DNA of 64,000 bases from Terriglobia bacterium (GTDB taxonomy: Bacteria; Acidobacteriota; Terriglobia; 20CM-2-55-15). The notes under the pieces were generated by a model that saw only the letters and a program-made list of their open reading frames with translations, was not told the origin of the DNA and ran no database searches. The DNA is taken from positions 224,001 to 288,000 of the forward strand of contig CAXWPJ010000009.1 in assembly GCA_963664115.2 (NCBI GenBank). The letters run 5' to 3'. Of the stretch, positions 50,487-60,036 are shown one piece after another (position 1 is the first letter of the stretch; each line of letters begins with the position of its first letter). Position numbers and translations under genes: made by a program.

Positions 50487-52131
50487 GCTAAGCATTGACG
50501 GCCGCGAGGTGAGCGTCGATCAGGGAACCACGGTCATCCAGGCGGCGGAGACGCTGGGGATTTTCGTTCCGCGCTACTGCTACCACCCCGGGCTCTCTAT
50601 CGCGGGCAACTGCCGCATCTGCCTCGTGGAAGTGGAGAAATCCCCCAAGCTCCAGATCGCATGCAACACTCCTGCGACCGAGGGGATGGTTGTTCACACA
50701 AAGAGCGACACCGCCCAGGACGGACGTCGCTCGGTACTGGAGTTCCTCCTGGCCAATCACCCGCTCGACTGCCCGGTTTGCGACCAGTCCGGTGAGTGCG
50801 ACTTACAGAATTTCTACCTGGACTTCGGCCTCTACAATCCGCGCTTCAGGGAGCGTAAAGTCAAGAAAAAGAAAGCTGTGACGCTGGGCCCGTATGTGAT
50901 GCTGGACCAGGAGCGCTGCATCCTCTGTTCCCGGTGCGTGCGCTTCACGGACGAGATCACCGAGACCGGAGAGTTCGGCATCTTCAATCGCGGAGACCGC
51001 TCCGAGCTGGGGCTGTACCCTGGCAAGGAACTCGACAATCGGTATTCGACCAACGTGGTGGACATCTGCCCCGTCGGTGCGCTGACCGAGCGGAAGTTCC
51101 GTTTCAAGACGCGGGTCTGGTACCTCTCCAGCGCCCCGACCGTCTGCAACGGTTGCAGTCAGGGCTGCAACATGGATTTGCATTACGTTCTGGACCGCCC
51201 TCACCTGAACGACGGCGCGCGGCTGCTGCGTGTCAAGCCACGATACAACCCGGATGTAAACCAATGGTGGTTGTGCGATGAAGGGCGCTATGGCCTCGAT
51301 TGGATCGACCAGGCTCGGCTCCGGAAGGTACGCGGGCCGTCGGGGGACGGGGCCGAGGGCGCAGATGCTCAGAATGCCACAAATACAACGGATACGACAT
51401 GGGACACGGCCCTTCGAACAATCTCAGCAGCTCTCTCGGTCCTGCCCAAGGGACGGATCGGGGTAATTGCCTCAGCCCGACTCACGATCGAAGAGCTGTT
51501 TCTGATCCGGGAGATTTTCCAGCGCGGCCTCGGCGCCCAGGTCAGTGCCTCTGTTCCAGAAATGCCAGGCTCTTCCGACGATTTCCTCATTAAGGCGGAT
51601 AAGAACCCCAACACCATGGGGGCGGAGCTGCTGGGACTATCCGGTCCGAACGCGCCGGACGCAGGACAGATCCTGGACGAGGCACTCGCCGGGAACCTTG
51701 ACGCCCTGTGGGTTATGGGGCACGACCTTGTCGCACTCTTCGGTGAAGAGAAGGCCCGACAACTCCGAGACAAGGTGGGTCTCTTCGTCTTCTCCGGAAC
51801 GAACGAAAACCGAACGGTTCCCTTGGCCCATTGGGCCTTGCCGAGCGCGGCCTATGTGGAAAAAGACGGGACCTTCGTCAACTGCCACGGACGCGTCCAG
51901 CGAATCGGCCAGGCGTTTCCTCCGCTTGAGGACTCCCGTGAGGACTGGCGCATTCTCCTGGAATTGGCCCGGCTGCTAATGCTCGAACTCGACTGGCACG
52001 AACCCCAGGACATCTTCGCGGCAGTGGCCTCCACCGAGGCGCCTTTCGCGGGAATGAGCTACGAGACGATAGGAGATCAGGGGGCTGGGGTCCGGCCAAC
52101 CGAGCCCGCTGAAGAGGTATCCGTCACGTGA
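50479..52131 (+). CDS. nuoG: NADH-quinone oxidoreductase subunit G (short form)
   Basis: PRYCYH, GNCRICLVE, NHPLDCPVCDQSGECDLQ, CILCSRC, CPVGAL, CNGCSQGC (N7). Confidence 0.93.
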   Translation: MPKLSIDGREVSVDQGTTVIQAAETLGIFVPRYCYHPGLSIAGNCRICLVEVEKSPKLQIACNTPATEGMVVHTKSDTAQDGRRSVLEFLLANHPLDCPVCDQSGECDLQNFYLDFGLYNPRFRERKVKKKKAVTLGPYVMLDQERCILCSRCVRFTDEITETGEFGIFNRGDRSELGLYPGKELDNRYSTNVVDICPVGALTERKFRFKTRVWYLSSAPTVCNGCSQGCNMDLHYVLDRPHLNDGARLLRVKPRYNPDVNQWWLCDEGRYGLDWIDQARLRKVRGPSGDGAEGADAQNATNTTDTTWDTALRTISAALSVLPKGRIGVIASARLTIEELFLIREIFQRGLGAQVSASVPEMPGSSDDFLIKADKNPNTMGAELLGLSGPNAPDAGQILDEALAGNLDALWVMGHDLVALFGEEKARQLRDKVGLFVFSGTNENRTVPLAHWALPSAAYVEKDGTFVNCHGRVQRIGQAFPPLEDSREDWRILLELARLLMLELDWHEPQDIFAAVASTEAPFAGMSYETIGDQGAGVRPTEPAEEVSVT

Positions 52132-53219
52132 TAGAAGTTCTGATCATCAAAATTACACTGGCGGGAATCGTTTTCTTCACGGTCTTGAACTTCGCAGGGT
52201 TTCATACCTGGGCGGAGCGGAAACAGTCGGCTCTGATCCAGGATAGAATCGGGGCCAACCGTGCGGATATTCTCGGCTTTAGGATGCTGGGACTCTTTCA
52301 CGGCATCGCCGACGCGATCAAGTTGTTCACCAAGGAGGACATCGTCCCGACGGGAGCAGACAGGACACTCCATACGCTGGCCCCATTCTTTTCGGTGTTC
52401 TTCGCCCTCGTCGCGTTCGCAGTGATTCCCTTCGGGGACACATTGATTCTCGGGGACAGGGTCATTGAACTCCAGGTCGCAACGTTTGACGCCGCGCTCC
52501 TCTACGTTTTCGCCATGCTCTCCCTCGGAGTCTACGGCGTGATCCTCGCGGGCTTTGCCTCGCCCAACAACTACGCAATCATGGGAAGCCTCAGGGCCAC
52601 CGCACAGATGATCTCCTATGAAATCGCACTGGGAGTCTCTGTTGTTGGAGTGATCATGGTTTACGGGACCATGGATCTGTCGGAACTCGTGCGGGCTCAG
52701 GGGCAGATGATCGGCGGCTGGATTCCTTTCTGGGGCATCGTCGCCCAGCCCGTGGCCTTTGTCGTATTTGTGACCGCGGCACTGGCCGAAACCAAGCGGA
52801 TGCCCTTTGATATGCCGGAAGGGGAATCAGAGATCATCGGGTACTTTGTGGAGTACAGCGGCATGAAGTTCGGGATGTTCTTCCTCACGGACTTCCTAGA
52901 GACCATCATGGTGGCATGCTTGTCGACCACACTCTTTTTCGGCGGGTGGCAGGTACCCTTCCTGTTGCCGGACGGGTTCCACTTCCCCTGGGGAGCGGAG
53001 ATACTCATGCCCAATTGGCTCTACGCCCTGCTGGGTGTGGTGAGCTTTTCGACCAAGGTCGTGGTTTTCTGTTGGATCTTCATGCAGCTTCGCTGGACCC
53101 TGCCACGATTCCGTTATGATCAGCTCATGAAACTGGGCTGGCGAGGGCTGTTCCCGATCGCGGTGGCCAATATTGTGGTCACGGCCGGCGTGCTGATGTT
53201 TTTCGGAGAGGGGTTCTAA
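52128..53219 (+). CDS. nuoH: NADH-quinone oxidoreductase subunit H
   Basis: ERKQSALIQDRIG, AETKRMPFDMPEGESE, LPRFRYDQLM. Confidence 0.96.
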   Translation: MIEVLIIKITLAGIVFFTVLNFAGFHTWAERKQSALIQDRIGANRADILGFRMLGLFHGIADAIKLFTKEDIVPTGADRTLHTLAPFFSVFFALVAFAVIPFGDTLILGDRVIELQVATFDAALLYVFAMLSLGVYGVILAGFASPNNYAIMGSLRATAQMISYEIALGVSVVGVIMVYGTMDLSELVRAQGQMIGGWIPFWGIVAQPVAFVVFVTAALAETKRMPFDMPEGESEIIGYFVEYSGMKFGMFFLTDFLETIMVACLSTTLFFGGWQVPFLLPDGFHFPWGAEILMPNWLYALLGVVSFSTKVVVFCWIFMQLRWTLPRFRYDQLMKLGWRGLFPIAVANIVVTAGVLMFFGEGF

Positions 53220-53878
53220 TGGCCGTAAGAGTTGTCTCAAGGCCCGAGTTGACTTTCTGGGAGAAGCTCTACATCCCGCAGATCGTCTCCGGCTTCAGGA
53301 TCACGTCCAGACACTTCTTCCGAAACCTCTTTCTCCATACGGCCCACAAACTGGGCCTGTTCAAACACCTTGCTGCCTCCGCCACCATACAGTATCCCGA
53401 AGAACTCCGGCCGCTGATGTCACGCTACCGAAGCCGCCACCGGCTGACCGTGCGCGACGACAACACACCACGCTGCGTCGGATGTATGCTGTGTGAAACG
53501 GTCTGCCCGGCCCACTGCATTACGATCGTGGCCGGGGAACACCCCGACCCCAATGTCGAGAAATATCCGATCCGCTTCGACATCGATCTGGGGGTGTGCG
53601 TCTATTGTGGTTACTGCGTCGAGGTATGCCCTGAGGATGCGATCCGGATGGACACGGGAATTCTTGATCTGGCGGCTTACTCGAGGGAGGCCATGCAGTT
53701 GGACATCCACGAACTCATGGACCCAAAGCTGCACAAACCCATCCCCCAGTGCGACCTCGATTTCCCGCACAAGTGCGAGGTGAGCGGGGGCGAGATGAAG
53801 GGAAGCTGGGAGGGATTGGTGGAACATCGGCCAGCGGACTCACCACAGGTCCCGGCAGAGTCGGCAAAGCAGGGATAA
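53219..53878 (+). CDS. nuoI: NADH-quinone oxidoreductase subunit I (complete copy)
   Basis: QYPEE, CVGCMLCETVCP, CVYCGYCVEVCPEDAI. Confidence 0.95.
   Translation: MAVRVVSRPELTFWEKLYIPQIVSGFRITSRHFFRNLFLHTAHKLGLFKHLAASATIQYPEELRPLMSRYRSRHRLTVRDDNTPRCVGCMLCETVCPAHCITIVAGEHPDPNVEKYPIRFDIDLGVCVYCGYCVEVCPEDAIRMDTGILDLAAYSREAMQLDIHELMDPKLHKPIPQCDLDFPHKCEVSGGEMKGSWEGLVEHRPADSPQVPAESAKQG
53306..53811 (+). repeat. Left copy of a ~506-bp direct repeat (nuoI internal/3' part)
   Basis: Near-identical to 60037..60542; about six substitutions seen by eye. Confidence 0.95.
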
Positions 53879-54116
53879 AGGCCACCCCAGTATTCGTTTG
53901 ACACCCCGGACTTTTCGGCCGTTCGATCCCGGACCTCGCTCGGCCAACGCTGGCGGCTTCAGTTTACGCCGCGCGCTCGTATTCCCCCGTTATGGTTCCG
54001 GAAATTCCCAGACATCTACCTCATCTTCATGGCGACGGACTTCTTATTTCGCTTATCCGCCTATCTCTCCTACCTCGCAGAGATTGCTTATTTCGCCTAT
54101 ACTCACAATTTCGCGT

Positions 54117-56594
54117 ATGAAATCACTACATTTTAAATTGCACATCTTTTCTCTCTGCGCTCTGGCAATAGCTCAACCCTTGCTCGAAGTGATTTCCAGG
54201 AATGCCGAACTGTTGGTAGCTCGCCAAGCCGGCGTAGTTGACTTGGCAATTCTTGTCTTTGCGCTTTCGATTCTCGTTCCGTTGCTATTGGTGTTGCCCG
54301 GTCAAATAGCTCGAGTTTACGGAACATTACTCAGTGATAGATTTTTCCTTGGCACAATCGTTTTTCTTGTCAGTTTGCTGGCCCTTTTAAGCTTGAAAGA
54401 AATTACTGATGGTTCAAGTGCATATTTGGTTTTGATGGCCTTGTTGCTCGGGGTTCTCTTCGCGTCTATGTATACCCGATTCGAAGCCCTGCCTATGATT
54501 TGTGATTTCCTTGCTCCGGCAATTCTATTAGTACCGATACTGTTTGTGTTCAATTCAAACATCTCTAGAGTTGTCGCAAATTCTGATGGGACACAGTTTT
54601 CTTTTTCGGGTGCTCGAAACAATATACCTGTTGTCATGGTTGTCTTTGATGAACTGCCATTGTTGTCTCTGCTTGATGAAACTGCCAATATTGACAGCGT
54701 CAGATACCCAAATTTCGCTACCCTGGCGTCTGAAAGCCACTGGTTTCGCAATGCGAGATCCTTGAGCGGATCGACCACAATTGCAATTCCTGCGATTGTA
54801 AGTGGTGAGACCAAGCCGGACGCACTGCCTATCGCCGTAGACTATCCGAGGAATTTATTCACGCTGCTAAATGCAAGTCACCAACTTAATGTAACGGAAC
54901 AGGTCACCTCGCTGTGTCCTCAGTCTGTTTGTGACAGTACCGCTATCGGGACTCCACAGGCTTTGCAACAAAGGCTAGAAGGGTTTTTTACCGATCTGGC
55001 CGTGGTCTATCTTCATGTTCTATTACCTGAGGATTTGACGGCTAGTCTTCCGACCATATCCCAATCATGGGGAAACTTCGTCAACAGGGGCGTCAGCGAA
55101 ACAGGCCCGTCGACTGAGACCGACAATTCTGAATCTCGAGATGAAAAATACGCGAGTTTTCTGAATGGGATAGTGGCGTCTGAGAAACCGAGCCTAAATT
55201 TTCACCACACTCTCTTACCGCATGTTGCCTGGGAATATCTGCCTTCGGGCAAATTCTATTCTATTTATGGGAGTGATGTGCCTGGACTGAATTTTGTCAA
55301 TGAAATATGGGGAGACGATCCCGCTCTTGTTGAACAGGGCTATCAACGACATTTGCTGCAAGTTGGCTTTGTGGACAAATTGTTAGGAGATCTGATAGCG
55401 AAATTAAAGTCTGAGAATCTCTACGATGAGTCTCTGATCGTAATTGTTTCAGACCATGGCGTTAATTTCTGGCCAGGAGAATCCCGTCGCGATCTATTTG
55501 ATCCGAGATTTACCCTGGACACATTGGGCATCACTTTGCTGATCAAACAGCCCCGGCAATCGGTCGGGATTGTGCATGACGGCGAGGTGTCGTCGCTAGA
55601 TATCCTGCCGACTATAGCGAATAGTTTGGGAATTCAGACTGATGATCAATTTCAAGGGCGCGATCTTTTCGGTTCAGATGCTCAGTCTACAACCAGCGCT
55701 GATAATCCCTATTTGAATTACGCGAGTTTGCAGCGCAAATTGAAGCTTTTCGGTTCAGGAGAGCTTTCTACTCTTTACGGTCTGGGCGATTTTTCTCAGT
55801 TGTTGAACTTGAGAAAAAGTGATTTCGATTTGGAAGTATCAAACAGCTTAACTTATACAATCGATCAACAAAGCAATTTGTCTGATGTCAGCTTGAGCGA
55901 TTTGATGATACCCGCGCGCGTAACTGGCGAACTTATGGGTGCTTTGATTGACGAAACCGATATGGATCTCGCCGTAATGTTGAATCGCAAACTAATCGCC
56001 GTAAGCAAACCTTACTTCAGTGGCTCTGAGTTCAGATTTTCAATAATGCTGCCTGAAAATGAGATTGAAAACGGGTTTAACGAATTTGAGTTATTTAGAA
56101 TTCATGCTGAGGCCAATGAAACTTTCCGGCTGGAGCAAGTTCGAAACCTGAGAGGGGATTTCTATCGATATACCACCGAAGGTAACTTGGAGAGTCTTTC
56201 TTCTGTCGACAATGAAAGTAGCGAAATTGCGTTGATACCAGGACGGGTCAGAGGTTTCGTAGACAGCATTAGCTTAAAGCAAGGATTTCTGGAAATAATC
56301 GGTTGGGCTGCAAATATTCAAAACGATGAACCCGCAGAATTTTTGATTATCGATATTAACGGCCAGTTGGTCTATTTGGGCACGCCAGTACTTCAACGCA
56401 GCGATGTCGCTACGGCATTCGATGCGCCTTCAATTGAAGAGTCCGGCTATCTGCTCGATGTTCGGGCGACGAGGTTTGCTGACTTAGAACCATTGAGCGT
56501 GAAGGTAATCGGAGTCAGTGGAAATGAAGCAAGTTTATTAGAGTCAAATTTCGATATTAGCGAAAGAATCGAAGAGCTGGCTAGGAGCCAATGA
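54117..56594 (+). CDS. Membrane-anchored alkaline-phosphatase-superfamily (sulfatase-like) hydrolase/transferase, NoeB-like
   Basis: About 5 N-terminal TM; VVFDELP, GSTTIAIPAIVSG (Thr/Ser rather than CxPxR), LLPH, IVSDHG; C-terminal GFVD..GWA..RSDVA..SGY module; likely start MKSLHF at 54117. Confidence 0.8.
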   Translation: MKSLHFKLHIFSLCALAIAQPLLEVISRNAELLVARQAGVVDLAILVFALSILVPLLLVLPGQIARVYGTLLSDRFFLGTIVFLVSLLALLSLKEITDGSSAYLVLMALLLGVLFASMYTRFEALPMICDFLAPAILLVPILFVFNSNISRVVANSDGTQFSFSGARNNIPVVMVVFDELPLLSLLDETANIDSVRYPNFATLASESHWFRNARSLSGSTTIAIPAIVSGETKPDALPIAVDYPRNLFTLLNASHQLNVTEQVTSLCPQSVCDSTAIGTPQALQQRLEGFFTDLAVVYLHVLLPEDLTASLPTISQSWGNFVNRGVSETGPSTETDNSESRDEKYASFLNGIVASEKPSLNFHHTLLPHVAWEYLPSGKFYSIYGSDVPGLNFVNEIWGDDPALVEQGYQRHLLQVGFVDKLLGDLIAKLKSENLYDESLIVIVSDHGVNFWPGESRRDLFDPRFTLDTLGITLLIKQPRQSVGIVHDGEVSSLDILPTIANSLGIQTDDQFQGRDLFGSDAQSTTSADNPYLNYASLQRKLKLFGSGELSTLYGLGDFSQLLNLRKSDFDLEVSNSLTYTIDQQSNLSDVSLSDLMIPARVTGELMGALIDETDMDLAVMLNRKLIAVSKPYFSGSEFRFSIMLPENEIENGFNEFELFRIHAEANETFRLEQVRNLRGDFYRYTTEGNLESLSSVDNESSEIALIPGRVRGFVDSISLKQGFLEIIGWAANIQNDEPAEFLIIDINGQLVYLGTPVLQRSDVATAFDAPSIEESGYLLDVRATRFADLEPLSVKVIGVSGNEASLLESNFDISERIEELARSQ

Positions 56595-56933
56595 GTTCGG
56601 CTCAACGAAGGTTTTAAAAATAGCTACTTAGAAAGTTTTGCATTCGAATGCTGGACGCAGGAATAGACGCCTCCGTCGAATGTGAATGTGGTCGCCCCTC
56701 CCCGGTGATCACAAGTAGGGACTTCCCGACAGCGCAGTCCCAATCTTCATGACCGCGAACATCGAAGAGTTTTAACTTATGGATTCCCTAAGAATGGACT
56801 ATGCTTTATTCCAGATCGGGCGGATTTGGAAGGAGTGTATCGTGAAGCGCTTTGGGTCGGGCATAGAAGTGGCCCCCAAAATTAGGACAGCGTTATAAGG
56901 TGGACTCTGCATAGATGAGAGGACCTAACGACG

Positions 56934-57215
56934 ATGGCGAAACGACGGAATTTTTCAGCAGATTTCAAAGCGAAGGTAGCGCTGGCCGCGATGCGTGGCG
57001 ACGGCACGATGGCCGAATTGGCGGCGCGGTACAAGATCCATCCGAACATGATCACGAAGTGGAAGCGTGATGCGCTTGATAGCGTTAAAGAAGCATTCCA
57101 GCGAGGCCGGGATCCATCGGCCCGGAACCACGAGGACGAGATCAAAGACCTGCAGGCCAAGATCGGTGAACTGGTCGTGGAACGGGATTTTTTAGCACGA
57201 GCCTTCAATCGATGA
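56934..57215 (+). CDS. IS3 transposase OrfA (HTH)
   Basis: RRNFSADFKAKVALAA HTH_Tnp_1 pattern; GGATTTTTTAG near the 3' end. Confidence 0.92.
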   Translation: MAKRRNFSADFKAKVALAAMRGDGTMAELAARYKIHPNMITKWKRDALDSVKEAFQRGRDPSARNHEDEIKDLQAKIGELVVERDFLARAFNR

Positions 57216-58060
57216 GCTTGGGTCGAAGGCGCGAGGTGGTCGAACCGGGCCATGAGCAGCTCAGTGTGGTCCGGCAATGCGACTTGATCGGGTTGAGCCG
57301 TTCGAGTTGGTACTATCGGCCACGGGGTGAGAGTGATCGCAATCTGGACCTGATGCGCGTGATCGACGAGGCGTATCTGAAGATGCCCTGGTATGGGTCC
57401 AGGCAGATGACGCGTCATCTGAAACGTCTCGGCTACGATGTGGGCCGGAAGCGGGTACGCCGACTAATGCGGTTGATGGGGCTGCGCTCGGTGGCACCGC
57501 AGACGTCCCGGAGAAACCCGGCTCATCCGGTGTACCCATATCTACTCAACGACATTGCCGTGGAGCGGGCGAATCAAGCGTGGTCTACCGACGTGACGTA
57601 TATCCCGATGGCGCACGGATTCTTATATCTGGTCGCGATCATGGACTGGCATACGCGGAAGGTGTTGTCCTGGCGGCTGTCCAACACCCAGGACACGACG
57701 TTTTGCCTTGAAGCCCTCGACGAGGCGATCGAGGAATACGGCAGTCCGGAAATCTTCAACACCGATCAGGGCAGCCAGTTCACCAGCAAGGCCTGGACGG
57801 ACCGACTTAAAGAACGAGGTATCCGGATCTCCATGGACGGCAAGGGGCAATGGATCGACAACGTTTTCATCGAACGCCTATGGCGCTCGATCAAATACGA
57901 ATGCGTTTATCTAAACGCCTTCAGTGACTTCAAAGATGCCCGGCACCACATAGGTGTCTGGATGAACTATTACAATAACGACCGCCCGCATTCCAAACTC
58001 GACGATCTCACGCCGAGCGAAGCCTACGCGGGAACACGGCCACTGACCTCGGCAGCATAA
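57212..58060 (+). CDS. IS3 transposase OrfB (DDE integrase core)
   Basis: WSTDVTY, NTDQGSQF, DNVFIERLWRSIKYE. Confidence 0.94.
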   Translation: MSLGRRREVVEPGHEQLSVVRQCDLIGLSRSSWYYRPRGESDRNLDLMRVIDEAYLKMPWYGSRQMTRHLKRLGYDVGRKRVRRLMRLMGLRSVAPQTSRRNPAHPVYPYLLNDIAVERANQAWSTDVTYIPMAHGFLYLVAIMDWHTRKVLSWRLSNTQDTTFCLEALDEAIEEYGSPEIFNTDQGSQFTSKAWTDRLKERGIRISMDGKGQWIDNVFIERLWRSIKYECVYLNAFSDFKDARHHIGVWMNYYNNDRPHSKLDDLTPSEAYAGTRPLTSAA

Positions 58061-58326
58061 ACATGAACCGCGGAATCCACCTTAAATTGGCTGCCAAGCT
58101 GTCCAACGTATGGGGTCCACCTCTCATCGCAACCCTGACAGGCATCGCCTTTCAATTGTAAGTTGGGAGCAGCCCGCACACGCCTATCTTGATCCGGGAG
58201 CCGGCAGTCTCCTTCTCCAGGTGCTGATGGGAGGCTTGGCCGGGGCGGCCGTTGTGGTCAAGGTGTATTGGAACAGCCTGATGGCGAGATTTGGACGCGG
58301 TGGAGACACCCGGAGAGCCGATCCGG

Positions 58327-59750
58327 GTGAGTCAGACACCTAGATTGGAACCCACACGAATAGAAGGCTCCTTCCGAGATCCCGCTGGACAGATCTTCCA
58401 AAAAGACGGCCACATTTACCGGACCATTAACGCCGTTGCCGTGGATGACTTTGTCTTCGTTCAGAACACCAATTTCTACCCGAAAGCCGTCAGCGAAAAG
58501 CGTCTCATCTCTGCTGAACAAGTTCCGCCCGAAATCCTGAACAGCCGCCAGCCAGAGGCCTCCCATGTGATCGAGCACCCACGCCTGCCTTTCGTGTCCT
58601 ATCCCTATGAGTGGACGTTCCAAATGCTCAAAACTGCCGCACTGTTCCACCTCGATTTCCATCTTGATGCCCTGAGAGACGGCATAACGCTTATCGATGC
58701 CTCTGCATACAACGTGCAATTCATAGGTGCCTCGCCAATCTTTATCGACACGCTGTCCTTACGGAAATATAAACCGGGCTCCCTCTGGGCTGGTTACAAA
58801 CAGTTCTGCGACCAGTTTCTCAATCCCCTCCTCCTGAGGTCCTACGTTGGACTGCACCACAACGCCTGGTATCGGGGAAACCAGGAAGGCATCAACGCCG
58901 GGGAGATCCGGAAATTATTGCCCGCCCGGCGTAAGCTGTCTCGAAGGGTGCTCACACACGTCACGCTCCAGGATTCGCTTCAGAAAACCACGCGTAAAGG
59001 TTCCGGCCCGAATCTGGGAGCCTTGCAGGAGGTGGAACTCCCACTGGCAACATTCAGAAAGACGCTCACTGACCTGAAGGATTGGATTAAGGGACTCGAA
59101 CCGAAAGAGGCGGGACGCACCGTATGGAGCGACTACGCAAACTTCAACAGTTATGCGCCACAAGAAGAAGCCCTCAAGCACGAATTCGTAAACGACTTCG
59201 TCCGACGCAGGAAACTCGTACAGGTCTGGGACCTTGGCTGCAATAGTGGCGAATATGCAGCAGTCGCTCTCAATGCCGGGGCAGACTATGTCGTCGGGTT
59301 CGATGCGGATCACGGCGCGTTGGATTTGGCATTCCGCCGTTCCCAAGAGGAACGGTTACGCTTTCTTCCTCTCTTTCTCGACATCGCGAATCCTCCGCCC
59401 TCTCAGGGGTGGGCGCAACAGGAACGGTACGGACTCAGGGAACGCACCAGCGCGGACGGCGTGATCGCCCTGGCGCTGATCCATCACATATCGATCGGAG
59501 GCACAACGTACCTCTTGGCGATGCGCTTGCCTGGTTGGTCGGCCTGGGACCCAGAGGCGTAATCGAATTCGTGCCCAAAGAGGATCCCATGGTCCAGGAG
59601 TTACTTCGGTTCCGGGAGGATATCTTTCCGAATTACACACTCGAAAACTTTCTTAGAAAGCTTCAAACACTTGCATCCGTCGAACGGACGGAACCGAGTT
59701 CATCGACCGGTCGTTTGCTGGTGGAGTATTCGCGCAAGCCACAAGCGTAA
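58327..59750 (+). pseudogene. NoeA-like protein (kinase-like N-terminal domain + class I SAM methyltransferase), frameshifted near 59500
   Basis: GSFRDPAG, FVSYPYEW, DASAYNVQF, IFID; VWDLGCNSGEY; after HHISIG the expected continuation NVPL…IEFVPKEDPMV is in another frame (59409..59750); start 58291 or 58327. Confidence 0.8.
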
Positions 59751-60036
59751 ACGGCAAACGAGATGGAACCGCGCTGTAAATCGTCCATCGCTACGCCGAC
59801 GGCTTCTCAAAAGACCTGGAGCCTGCAAAACATAACCCACAAATCATCGTTTATCACTGGCAGCCTGCACGTGTACGTCGTCAGAGTAATTCGGACAGAA
59901 GGGCTGTCTCTCCAAGAGACGGCTTTTAAGTTATACCACTTCAGTCCTCAAGTTTGCGATCCGACGCTCGGCCAGCGTTCGCTGCTTGATTCTCTCCCGA
60001 CGGGAGAGGATTTCCTCCTGATGGCCAAAGAACACT

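Larger units (their letters stand above)
56865..58124 (+). mobile_element. IS3-family insertion sequence (1260 bp)
   Basis: Imperfect ~27-bp terminal IRs (agaagtggcccccaaaattaggacagc / gctgtccaacgtatggggtccacctct), a 3-bp CAT duplication, orfA and orfB. Confidence 0.92.
56842..58343 (+). pseudogene. Small 'AYLDPGxGS' membrane protein gene interrupted by IS3
   Basis: AAGGAG RBS and GTG at 56842 left of the IS; the remainder (…EQPAHAYLDPGAGSLLLQVLMGG…) lies right of it, ending at 58343. Confidence 0.7.
53812..60036. mobile_element. Genomic islet bounded by the nuoI direct repeats
   Basis: Flanked by the 506-bp repeats; visibly AT-richer first gene; contains an IS3; no integrase seen. Confidence 0.7.

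Noticed and set aside
53898-54116. 73-aa N-terminal extension of the sulfatase-like ORF, and a possible IS-end remnant (tgacaccccggac)
   Set aside because: The extension is low-complexity with no RBS and ATG 54117 is a better start; the IS-like word has no partner IR or transposase
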